Below are positions 1 to 7,697 of a stretch of 32,998 nt of DNA, piece by piece. The DNA comes from a virus (lineage: Duplodnaviria; Caudoviricetes): positions 1 to 32,998 of the IMG/VR virus record IMGVR_UViG_3300034349_000032; one strand, written 5' to 3'. The notes under the pieces were generated by a model. That model had not been told where the DNA came from. It saw nothing but the letters and a program-made list of their open reading frames with translations, and did no database searches. The position numbers and the translations under genes were made by a program. Numbering within the stretch: the stretch's first letter is position 1; each line of letters begins with the position of its first letter.

Positions 1-289
1 CGTCCGTCCACATATCAAGGTGAATGCATGCCTGACACTTGTCGATTATTACTGTAAAGTTTTTAGCATTGTCTTCATCTTCCATGAGGCGACACAGTTT
101 TGAACATTTTGTTTCTTCGATCGTCTTTCCTGTTTCACAGCATACAAGCTCTGAATCAATCGGGTTCCATCCTACAAGCTCGCATTTTGTGCATAGTTGA
201 AAACCGAGACCGGATGCAATACGCTGATTAATATACAAGGCTTTTGCTTTTCTGTACTCCCATGCGATGTCTTCTCTTTCTGCTCCCAT
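1..289 (-). CDS. Cys-rich hypothetical protein (partial, runs off left edge)
   Basis: Manually translated: ATG at 289 after AGGA, MGAEREDIAWEYRK...CTKC...CC...CSKLC...CQAC, open to the window edge; not in the ORF track. Confidence 0.7.
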   Translation of the reverse strand, partial: MGAEREDIAWEYRKAKALYINQRIASGLGFQLCTKCELVGWNPIDSELVCCETGKTIEETKCSKLCRLMEDEDNAKNFTVIIDKCQACIHLDMWTD

Positions 290-293
290 TGTT

Positions 294-452
294 TTATCCT
301 ATTTGTTTTTTGAATGAGTTGTGCAGAGCGCGGAAATATGCCGAACGGCTATTAATTCCCGTTGTCCCTTTTCTTTTAAGCTCCTCAACCTTTTTGTCAA
401 TGTCCTCCAAATCTTCGGGATCAAACGACATAAGGATTCTTATTACTGCCAT
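294..452 (-). CDS. Small ribbon-helix-helix (CopG/Arc-like) DNA-binding protein, 52 aa
   Basis: Manually translated MAVIRILMSFDPEDLEDIDKKVEELKRKGTTGINSRSAYFRALHNSFKKQIG; AGGAGG RBS; alternating hydrophobic strand, helix, then SRS..FR helix start typical of RHH. Confidence 0.7.
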   Translation of the reverse strand: MAVIRILMSFDPEDLEDIDKKVEELKRKGTTGINSRSAYFRALHNSFKKQIG

Positions 453-478
453 GAATACCTCCTATTCAATATAAGGGC

Positions 479-506
479 AGTATAGCGTAAGTATATACTA
501 TGTCAA
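479..506 (-). promoter_or_regulatory. Sigma70-like promoter with palindrome AGTATATACT in the spacer
   Basis: Minus strand TTGACA-16 nt-TATACT, A-rich tract upstream, directly before the RHH gene. Confidence 0.75.
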
Positions 507-534
507 CCATTTAACTGACTTATTGCTTATTTTT

Positions 535-879
535 TTAACCGTTAGAAACTGACTGTTCTATAGCTGTTAAATTAAACACTTGCTCATCGAGCCATTTTAT
601 AAACTGCGGAATGCTTTCTTGTATAAGCATTATTGTTTTATGTTGCGATGGTGTTTCAGATAACCCGCTCGCAACAACAAAGAACGGGATACGCGCATCT
701 GCTGACGAACTGGAATTTACTTCTCCTAAATATATACCGTCCTCAGTGTAGCATTTTAATGATACACTCGCAAGCAGTGCCTTACCTCCGTATTTAGCAG
801 AATGCACAACAAAGCCGTTGTATTTAATTTCGGTAATCTCTACCGTTCCGCATTTTCTTCCGTCCCATAATTTAGCCAT
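535..879 (-). CDS. Hypothetical protein
   Basis: 114 aa ORF tightly packed in the minus-strand operon; no motif recognised. Confidence 0.7.
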   Translation of the reverse strand: MAKLWDGRKCGTVEITEIKYNGFVVHSAKYGGKALLASVSLKCYTEDGIYLGEVNSSSSADARIPFFVVASGLSETPSQHKTIMLIQESIPQFIKWLDEQVFNLTAIEQSVSNG

Positions 880-882
880 GTG

Positions 883-1545
883 TCACCGCCTGTACTTTTT
901 TAATTGTCCGTCAACGAGTTTCTTCCCGCCTGTTTGATGATATATAATTGTGTGCTTATCGCGTTTTGATGAATTATATATCGAAGGCAGTACAAGAATC
1001 TTTAAGTCTGATTTTTCTAATTCTTCTGATAATGCCTTTTGATCGTTCCTACCCTCTGCGAGAGTACTGTCAATATTTGACTGCCATGCACGGAGAAAAG
1101 AAAGTACTTCAGGGCAATTACGAAAGAATAAAACGCCTGCGTTATAGTTGCCACGTAAACCAACGCACACCGCTTGCCTGTCTTCGTGCTCACGTTCGAC
1201 AACGGCAATATCAAACCTATTAAAATCTATCTCGATGTATTGCATTAGTTCTGTGTCAATATCAGTATAACAAATATTTTCACCTGCGTTAGTTTCAAGC
1301 GCATGCCGTATTATTGCCGGTTTGTGCAATCCTGTAGATTTATAGACATTACCGTTCGGCGTATTGATTGCATTGTAAAAATGATTTAGGACAAAATTAT
1401 CGTCTTTAACTTCAAGCCCTTTTATGCCAAAGCCGAGACCGCCTAAGTCATAGATTGAATATGTACAGAAAAACGCATCCCTGTTATCTCGCCATTCAAT
1501 AGCAAGGTCATACATATTATTGTCGGATGCTGATATGTGTATCAT
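883..1545 (-). CDS. GT-A fold glycosyltransferase (nucleotide-diphospho-sugar transferase-like)
   Basis: KPAII..ALE, YTDID (DxD), YNAGVLFFR, NDQKAL, VLPSIYN, IYHQTG motifs in the order seen in GT8/GT34/GT77-like enzymes. Confidence 0.8.
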   Translation of the reverse strand: MIHISASDNNMYDLAIEWRDNRDAFFCTYSIYDLGGLGFGIKGLEVKDDNFVLNHFYNAINTPNGNVYKSTGLHKPAIIRHALETNAGENICYTDIDTELMQYIEIDFNRFDIAVVEREHEDRQAVCVGLRGNYNAGVLFFRNCPEVLSFLRAWQSNIDSTLAEGRNDQKALSEELEKSDLKILVLPSIYNSSKRDKHTIIYHQTGGKKLVDGQLKKYRR

Positions 1546-1676
1546 GACGGCTTGAATTCTTCCCCTTCTTCAATGTCACATTCGCCGTCTTCGCGAATAT
1601 GCACGTCTATATGTTCGCCTGTTATTTTGGTAACTCGCAAACCTTCTTCAATTTCGCCGTCTTTTTCTTCGCTCAT
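1542..1676 (-). CDS. Small acidic hypothetical protein, 44 aa
   Basis: Manually translated MSEEKDGEIEEGLRVTK...EEFKPS; AAGGAG RBS; TAATG and ATGA overlaps with both neighbours. Confidence 0.65.
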   Translation of the reverse strand: MSEEKDGEIEEGLRVTKITGEHIDVHIREDGECDIEEGEEFKPS

Positions 1677-1951
1677 TATACGCTCCTTTTCCCTGTTCTT
1701 TTTTCATAGTCGTCACGGTCTTTTTGGCATCTTTCACAAATATCGTGATCGTCACATAAAGAATTCCCGCACACTAAACACGACCGCGCAACGTTACAGC
1801 CGTGGGTGGATTGTTTTCCACAAAAACACTTTAACGTGGTATGTTTTTCACAAAAAGGAAAGCCGTCGTTTTTACAGAAATTCCCGTAGCAATGCCAAGA
1901 ACATTTATTTAGCTTTTCCCGTTCTGCAATTTTTAGTTTCATATCTAACAT
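1676..1951 (-). CDS. Cys/His-rich (zinc-binding) hypothetical protein
   Basis: Multiple CxxC/CxC/CxxH; start trimmed to the ATG after AAGGA. Confidence 0.65.
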   Translation of the reverse strand: MLDMKLKIAEREKLNKCSWHCYGNFCKNDGFPFCEKHTTLKCFCGKQSTHGCNVARSCLVCGNSLCDDHDICERCQKDRDDYEKRTGKRSV

Positions 1952-1962
1952 ATATTTTTCCT

Positions 1963-3276
1963 TTAACTCGGCTGCAATACCGGGGCCATTGTGACCATCC
2001 AGCACCATTTAACGGCAAGCATATTATTCGGCAAAAAGTTTATTATGTGTAATGTTGAAACCATTGCAACCGATTGCCCATATGTTAATACAAGTTTATT
2101 TCCGCGTTTATCTTGATCGGGTGAAATAAAACGACCGCCCGAACCATACGAACCTGTGTTATTATTTAGATTTAATGTAAGGTTCTGACTCCCTGCCATC
2201 GTGCGATTATTCACCCATATTTCTTTAAATCTATTCTGCACAAGACGCGCTCCGGGGTCGGGTGTAAATATATCCCAGTCAGAATTACCGCCGACAAGCG
2301 GTTGAAAGAAAAAGTATTTCACCCATGACGGCGCATCTGCCATGTCATACCCGTCTGATGTTACTGTCATTTGTCCGAACGGAGCTACTCTTGGATTTAA
2401 AAACCCTGAGTTCGTCACGCTCAACATTATTTGATTATATGCATCTTTGCTGATAATAGCGTCAGAGGTAGTAATGGTCATTACCCACTTGTCGCCGATT
2501 TTATGCCCTAGCGCATTTTCAAAGCGTATGTACACATGATTGAATTCAATTAAATCATGGTTATTATCGCCGCCGATTATCTTAATGCCGCAATATTCTT
2601 TTTGTATATACCCTGGAATCTCTCTTACACTATACCCGGTGCTGAACCATTTGAATGTGTCTTTTACCGCTGTTATGTTTATTTTAAATCCTGTTCCGGA
2701 ACCTCCGGAAACCGTGACCGCTGTTTGTGCGTGATATCCATTACCACCTGATAGCCATGTTGCGCTCGTTACTTTGCCACCTGATACACCGCATTGCAGT
2801 GTTGCACCTGAGCCGCCTGTTTGCACAACTGTTCCCGTAAAATTCGTTGTGTAGCCAGTTCCTTGTGCATTAGTTGTGAATGTTTCTAATTGCCCTGCGG
2901 AATCTATCTCAACCGTTAAAACGGTGTCCTCGCCATGATATCCATCATTGACAAAAATACCGTCATTTAATCCTGAACCGATAAACTCATCATTGTAATA
3001 TGAATAGCCATTTCCCGTTATTCCCCTCGCCTCAATTGCATGCCCACCCATATGTAAAGAATCACTCGCTCCCGTGTACGGAACGCGCGCTTCATGCCAT
3101 GCCTTAGAAATAACTGCATTTGGATATTGATCTGCTGTTGGTATGGCCGGGAAAGAAGATATTTTATTAGATACATTTTCAGGAGTAAATCCGAGCGCGT
3201 CAGATGGTAAAACGTCCCCTGTCTGAAGTTCTTTTTTTACGCCACTATATAAAGCTAACGGCCTTTTAATTGCCAT
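1963..3276 (-). CDS. Fibre-like virion protein (putative head or tail fibre)
   Basis: 437 aa; N-terminal MAIKRPLALYSG..KELQTGD motif, VPYTGA segment, Gly-rich GTGY/GNGY repeats as in phage structural proteins. Confidence 0.65.
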   Translation of the reverse strand: MAIKRPLALYSGVKKELQTGDVLPSDALGFTPENVSNKISSFPAIPTADQYPNAVISKAWHEARVPYTGASDSLHMGGHAIEARGITGNGYSYYNDEFIGSGLNDGIFVNDGYHGEDTVLTVEIDSAGQLETFTTNAQGTGYTTNFTGTVVQTGGSGATLQCGVSGGKVTSATWLSGGNGYHAQTAVTVSGGSGTGFKINITAVKDTFKWFSTGYSVREIPGYIQKEYCGIKIIGGDNNHDLIEFNHVYIRFENALGHKIGDKWVMTITTSDAIISKDAYNQIMLSVTNSGFLNPRVAPFGQMTVTSDGYDMADAPSWVKYFFFQPLVGGNSDWDIFTPDPGARLVQNRFKEIWVNNRTMAGSQNLTLNLNNNTGSYGSGGRFISPDQDKRGNKLVLTYGQSVAMVSTLHIINFLPNNMLAVKWCWMVTMAPVLQPS

Positions 3277-3285
3277 GGTAAACCT

Positions 3286-3798
3286 CTACGCTAGTGTGAT
3301 CGGATCTGTCGGAATAAATTCCATCGCTGACGCACTTACGGCAACACCGAGCACCTGTACAATATTTCCAGATGCGCTCGGACACGTTTCAGTCCGTCCG
3401 CCTGCTGTAGTTGAAAGAAACTGTTTTGCACCTGGTGTGAGCCCTGAAAGCTGCGTGTTGCTCTGTGACATCCGATAAACGATAGCTGTCTGTCCTGAAG
3501 TGAACCCGGAAAGAACAAATCCATGTGCTTCTTTGCCTGCCGTTGTTGCATCTGCCTTTCTGCACTTCGCGCCTGACGACGAATAAATGTTTACGAAATC
3601 ACCGGCAGCAAGGTTTTCAGTACAAGCGATAGAATCGGTCTCCGCTCCTATACCCACAGGCATCATGCTTGTGTCGAGCTTTCCTGTTGCGTCGAGTGCC
3701 GGAATTTTACCAGCGTCCCCAACTCCAGCACTTGACTGTGATGCTGCAACCTCTGTTTTTATCCCTGCAACTAAAGAAAGATATTTGTTTCCTGCCAT
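3286..3798 (-). CDS. Virion structural protein, capsid-cement/fibre-base-like
   Basis: DAGKIPALDATGKLD and ENLAAGDFVNI...RKADA...AHGFV...LTPGAKQFLSTTAG motifs, DUF2190-like pattern (by eye). Confidence 0.6.
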   Translation of the reverse strand: MAGNKYLSLVAGIKTEVAASQSSAGVGDAGKIPALDATGKLDTSMMPVGIGAETDSIACTENLAAGDFVNIYSSSGAKCRKADATTAGKEAHGFVLSGFTSGQTAIVYRMSQSNTQLSGLTPGAKQFLSTTAGGRTETCPSASGNIVQVLGVAVSASAMEFIPTDPITLA

Positions 3799-3811
3799 GT
3801 TTGTTATTCTC

Positions 3812-4336
3812 CTATGTTAAAATAATCGGTTCAGCTATTCGAACCATCATGCTTGTCTGTGACGTTGGAAATCCAATAATTTGCAAATACTCAGAGTCTG
3901 GAAACGTCGGAACGACCTGCGTTAATAATCCATTTACTCCGAGATATATCGATTTATATTGCACCCAGTTCCATGTATTACTATGCCATTCTCCAAAGGT
4001 TAAAATTTCAGCTTCGTCACCTTCAGCAACCGCACCCGTCGTCATTCCAAGAACCCGGTGCAAATGACTGAGCTCTGTGTTGTATGCATACCATACTTTT
4101 CCCAGACCTTGATCGTCAACCGTGACAATACGATGACCTCCGAGATTTTCGCCTGCAAATTTCTTTACAATGTTTCCAGAATCTCCAGGTTCTCCGGGAA
4201 GACCCTGAAGCCCTATTTGATTAAAAATAACTTCGATCTTTTCAGGAGGAGTGACAACAATTTCATATCCGGTCTCAACAGATCCAATCAATGTTATCTT
4301 TTCTGGAGGCGTTACTTGTAATATTATATCGCTCAT
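3812..4336 (-). CDS. Virion structural protein with short collagen linker and capsid-cement-like domain
   Basis: GLQGLPGEPGDSG Gly-X-Y run, then AGENLGGHRIV...VLGMTTGAV...G..IYLGVNGLLTQ. Confidence 0.6.
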   Translation of the reverse strand: MSDIILQVTPPEKITLIGSVETGYEIVVTPPEKIEVIFNQIGLQGLPGEPGDSGNIVKKFAGENLGGHRIVTVDDQGLGKVWYAYNTELSHLHRVLGMTTGAVAEGDEAEILTFGEWHSNTWNWVQYKSIYLGVNGLLTQVVPTFPDSEYLQIIGFPTSQTSMMVRIAEPIILT

Positions 4337-4617
4337 ATTGAAACAAACTCTCCGGAAGCAAACGTTCTCGGTTTACCGCCTTGTTCAAGAATTACTTCCC
4401 ATGTCTCACCGTTTATTACTTGCGCTGAATCTGCAGCTGATAATTCAAGCGTGATCTCTGTTGCGGTTGTTTTCGTTACGGTGAATGATTTTCCTGAAAG
4501 TGTAGCGGTTATCGTATACCCTGTTATTGTGAACGGGAATTTAATCCCGAAAATGACATAATTCCCTTTTCTGAATTTAAGCGTTCCTTCTCCGAAGTTT
4601 TGTTGAATGACTGCCAT
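4333..4617 (-). CDS. Small Ig-like adaptor protein (BppU N-terminal-like)
   Basis: RKG...ITGYT...ITLELSAADSAQV...WEVILEQGGKPRTFASGEF pattern. Confidence 0.5.
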   Translation of the reverse strand: MAVIQQNFGEGTLKFRKGNYVIFGIKFPFTITGYTITATLSGKSFTVTKTTATEITLELSAADSAQVINGETWEVILEQGGKPRTFASGEFVSI

Positions 4618-4628
4618 TATATTTCACC

Positions 4629-5084
4629 TTAAAAAGAAATTCCTGCAAATAGTTCTGCACTCGCGTTCGTTTTATAAGCGGAGATATGTCCTCCAATGTC
4701 AATTACATTAAAATGATGGATTCCATATATTCCGAAAAGAGGAGAAGCACGTCTATCAAATAACCCTATCCCGGCAGATATTCCGAGACTCCATTTCTTT
4801 TGAACTGGAGATATTTTGTCGTAAAATTTTAAAGCCTTATATGTGTCGGTAACGAATCCCGTATAGATTTCTGTCTTCGGATCATACGATCCTGAATGCA
4901 CAAGTTTTGCGTTTGCTCTGTCAATAAGATCTTGAATGTTCGATTCGTCTATTGGTACGATGACCGAATTCTCTGGAGGCTTAACATCTTGAACGTATAC
5001 GACATCCGGTTTTTTCAATAATCCTCTCACAAACAAAGAAAGGAATACAACAAACAAACAAAAAAATAATAGTGTCCATTTCAC
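4629..5084 (-). CDS. Membrane-anchored lysis accessory protein (spanin candidate)
   Basis: N-terminal TM helix, C-terminal amphipathic beta strands ending in Phe; follows endolysin and holin candidate. Confidence 0.5.
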   Translation of the reverse strand: MKWTLLFFCLFVVFLSLFVRGLLKKPDVVYVQDVKPPENSVIVPIDESNIQDLIDRANAKLVHSGSYDPKTEIYTGFVTDTYKALKFYDKISPVQKKWSLGISAGIGLFDRRASPLFGIYGIHHFNVIDIGGHISAYKTNASAELFAGISF

Positions 5085-5278
5085 TTTTTCACCTCTTCAT
5101 TTTTTGTTACGGTTATTTGCACGTCATCTTCTGGATCGATTTCTACAATTCCGACTTTAATTTTGACGCGCTTTTTGATTGCGGTAAAAACGAAAGCCGC
5201 GACGAAGCACAGTCCAATAAAAGCAAGAATCAATATTCCCCACTGAATCGGGGTCGACAGATTTGTAAACCACATCAT
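5081..5278 (-). CDS. Putative holin (single TM)
   Basis: 65 aa, long hydrophobic helix followed by KKRVKIK; overlaps the endolysin stop. Confidence 0.5.
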   Translation of the reverse strand: MMWFTNLSTPIQWGILILAFIGLCFVAAFVFTAIKKRVKIKVGIVEIDPEDDVQITVTKNEEVKK

Positions 5279-5886
5279 ATCCCTCCAATAACTTTAATTT
5301 CTCGACCGAGTTCCGGCGCGAATTGTGTGAAAATAATCTGTAAGCTTTCGAACGGGAACGGCCCCGGACACGGCTTTGGGTTGTTGTTGAAATACGTTAC
5401 CCAGTTGTATCGGTGTGAAACGATCTTGTCAATGTTCGGAAACATAATGCATAACTGTTTGCATAGTTCAACACCGCCTTGCATTTGATCGGGTGTAATA
5501 TCGTCTTGATTGCTGCCGTTTACTTTGTCAAACTCGATTCCGATAGAGTGCTTGTCATGATCACCACTGCAAGAATGGTACACCCAGTTAACAGGGTCTA
5601 TAATCTCGGTTACGTTTCCTTTTCGGTCAATGTTGTATTGCGGGATACCGATTCCCCTTGACCATTGTGCCACTCGGTTATATTCGTTCGTCCATTTCTT
5701 TTTATCGTCTGCCGTCAATGCGTCATCAATGCGCTTTTGAATCACTTTCAAGTCTGACGTTTCTTGCCATTCAATTTGACCAAGTCCGGCAGTTGCATGA
5801 ATAACAATTTCGGTTATGTCTTCGGGTGATCTGCTAAAACCCTTATGCCACTTTTCTCGGATGACTGTATTTTTAATTATAGTCAT
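5275..5886 (-). CDS. Endolysin, N-acetylmuramoyl-L-alanine amidase (Amidase_2, T7 lysozyme-like)
   Basis: IVIHATA, YNIDRKG, YHS, SIGIEF, ITPDQ, IVSHR, KPCPG: His/His/Cys zinc ligands. Confidence 0.9.
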   Translation of the reverse strand: MTIIKNTVIREKWHKGFSRSPEDITEIVIHATAGLGQIEWQETSDLKVIQKRIDDALTADDKKKWTNEYNRVAQWSRGIGIPQYNIDRKGNVTEIIDPVNWVYHSCSGDHDKHSIGIEFDKVNGSNQDDITPDQMQGGVELCKQLCIMFPNIDKIVSHRYNWVTYFNNNPKPCPGPFPFESLQIIFTQFAPELGREIKVIGGI

Positions 5887-6209
5887 GATTGTCTCCTGTC
5901 GTATTCTATCGGCTGTATTATATGCCGACGTTCAAGGCGGTCTTCGAGTCGAATAATGCGTTCTATTATTTCATGCTTAAACTCTGAAAAATGACCGATC
6001 TCGTTTTTAATGACTTTTAAGTCTCCGAGTATATCATAGAGGCCACGCGAAAAAGACATTCTTCCCTCTTCCTGTAGATTGAGATTTTCGATGTCCTTTT
6101 CAACACAATTCAATCTTGTTTCGTTTTCTGCTAGTTTTCGCACTTTTTTGTCAATGTAAACAAATATTGATTTAAGTATGTCTTTAATCATTTTCAGCCA
6201 TCCATTCAT
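5883..6209 (-). CDS. Coiled-coil hypothetical protein in lysis region
   Basis: Heptad-like helices (RLNCVEKDIENL, RIIRLEDRL); ATGA overlap with endolysin; start could be 6191. Confidence 0.6.
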   Translation of the reverse strand: MNGWLKMIKDILKSIFVYIDKKVRKLAENETRLNCVEKDIENLNLQEEGRMSFSRGLYDILGDLKVIKNEIGHFSEFKHEIIERIIRLEDRLERRHIIQPIEYDRRQS

Positions 6210-6414
6210 TTAAGCACTTAGATAACTCTTCAACAAAGCCCCTTTTAAAATCAATTCTTGCGATGTCAAATTCGATTCCATAATCTTCCCACGATACGCA
6301 ATAACCCTTTTTAATCGCATCTGCGAAAATATGTGCACATTTAACATAATCAGGCGTATTTTCGAGAAACGAAATAGACGCTTCATTTTCAAGAGGAGTA
6401 TTTTTTTTTTGCAT
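6184..6414 (-). CDS. Hypothetical protein
   Basis: 76 aa ORF between fibre and lysis genes; A10 run just after the start. Confidence 0.5.
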   Translation of the reverse strand: MQKKNTPLENEASISFLENTPDYVKCAHIFADAIKKGYCVSWEDYGIEFDIARIDFKRGFVEELSKCLNEWMAEND

Positions 6415-6449
6415 TTCATTGTCTCGTTTCCATTAAGTCTTAATAATAT

Positions 6450-7688
6450 TTAACCTAAATAAAGAACTGCAAGTTTACAATTGTTCGCAGTCGTAGGAGT
6501 TCCGGCGGCGGTGTGCGGTCTTACTATATCTCCTTTAGCAAAATAATCAGAAACCGTTTCTGTTAAATCTGCAGTAGCTGCACTAAAATATGCCCTTGTT
6601 AGCATTTTAGATGTAGCAACTGAATTAGGTGCATTTGTTCTATCTGTAGCGTCTGCATTTAATGATATTCCAAAATTAGTTGCTGAGGAGCCGGGGGTAG
6701 ACCATGTGAAAGTAAAAGCATATTCCCCGCTTTTCTGTATTGTTATTTCAAGTCCTTTTGCATTAGACGAATAACCAGAGGCATGATTCTCTGTACACAT
6801 ATTTCCGACGATAGATGCATTTGTAAACCTTGGTATTTTATTGTCGGTTCCCCCATATCCAGCTTGTGCATCAAAAGCCATTCTACATGTTATTCTTTCA
6901 TCAACAACCTCCCAGAATCCGGTTGTTGCATTTTCTTCTACTACCATATAGTCGCCAACCTTCGGCAGCCATATTGCATTTAATCCGTCTTTTGTTATTT
7001 TATTTGCATCTGTTCCATTTGGCGAAAGTATAACTTTATTTGTGCCACCTTTCGCATGATAAAACCTTAACCGCCTGTTCACATTATTTGCTTTTAATGG
7101 CAATGTAAAAGTAATATCTCCGCTTGTTGTATCTGCTCCGATGTTGGTATATCCATCATTATCAAGAACGACATAGCTTGCATTTTTTACAATTGATGAT
7201 GGCATTTGCACCATTAGAAGAATCTGTGCTAACGTACTGCTCCCAACCTTCTCGGCGTTTAAATTAGTGCATACCGTCCCATTTGAAATAGGTATAGCTC
7301 CAGACCCATTCCCTGGTATGTATCCTCCGACAGAATAAGCGTTAAACGTGTTGAAGAAATCTGCATCAACATAGCTGTATACAATTTTATAATTTATATA
7401 AATGTTTCCTGTCTGATAGGACACGTTCAATATCTTATATGTTGTGAAAACATCAAATCCAGCCTCTGCCGACATTCTTGTGTCTTTGCTTCCAACAGTA
7501 TAATCAACACCTTCTGTCAACTGCACTCCTCCGGTCGGTGCGGACCATATTTGAAAGTCAGTTGTTCCTTTGAATCCTCGCTTGCATAATCCAAGAATAA
7601 CTTCTCCGCTTCCGACATTAGACTGCACTTCTCTTGTTATCGTAACAGGAGAAATATTGTTATAATTGTATAAAGTTGCTTTTGACAT
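6450..7688 (-). CDS. Tail fibre / receptor-binding protein
   Basis: IPISNGTVCTNLNAE linker, ADTTSGDITFTLP fibre domain, C-terminal jelly-roll-like region (ITIQKSGEYAF...FAKGDIVRPHT); last gene of the tail module. Confidence 0.75.
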   Translation of the reverse strand: MSKATLYNYNNISPVTITREVQSNVGSGEVILGLCKRGFKGTTDFQIWSAPTGGVQLTEGVDYTVGSKDTRMSAEAGFDVFTTYKILNVSYQTGNIYINYKIVYSYVDADFFNTFNAYSVGGYIPGNGSGAIPISNGTVCTNLNAEKVGSSTLAQILLMVQMPSSIVKNASYVVLDNDGYTNIGADTTSGDITFTLPLKANNVNRRLRFYHAKGGTNKVILSPNGTDANKITKDGLNAIWLPKVGDYMVVEENATTGFWEVVDERITCRMAFDAQAGYGGTDNKIPRFTNASIVGNMCTENHASGYSSNAKGLEITIQKSGEYAFTFTWSTPGSSATNFGISLNADATDRTNAPNSVATSKMLTRAYFSAATADLTETVSDYFAKGDIVRPHTAAGTPTTANNCKLAVLYLG

Positions 7689-7697
7689 TTGTTTTCC

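Noticed and set aside
1811-1857. Short direct repeat TGTTTT(C/T)CACAAAAA
   Set aside because: Explained by the repeated FC(G/E)K peptide in the Cys-rich ORF
6401-6410. T10 homopolymer at the start of ORF 6184-6414 as a phase-variation switch
   Set aside because: The ORF is intact as given and there is no evidence of length variation without reads
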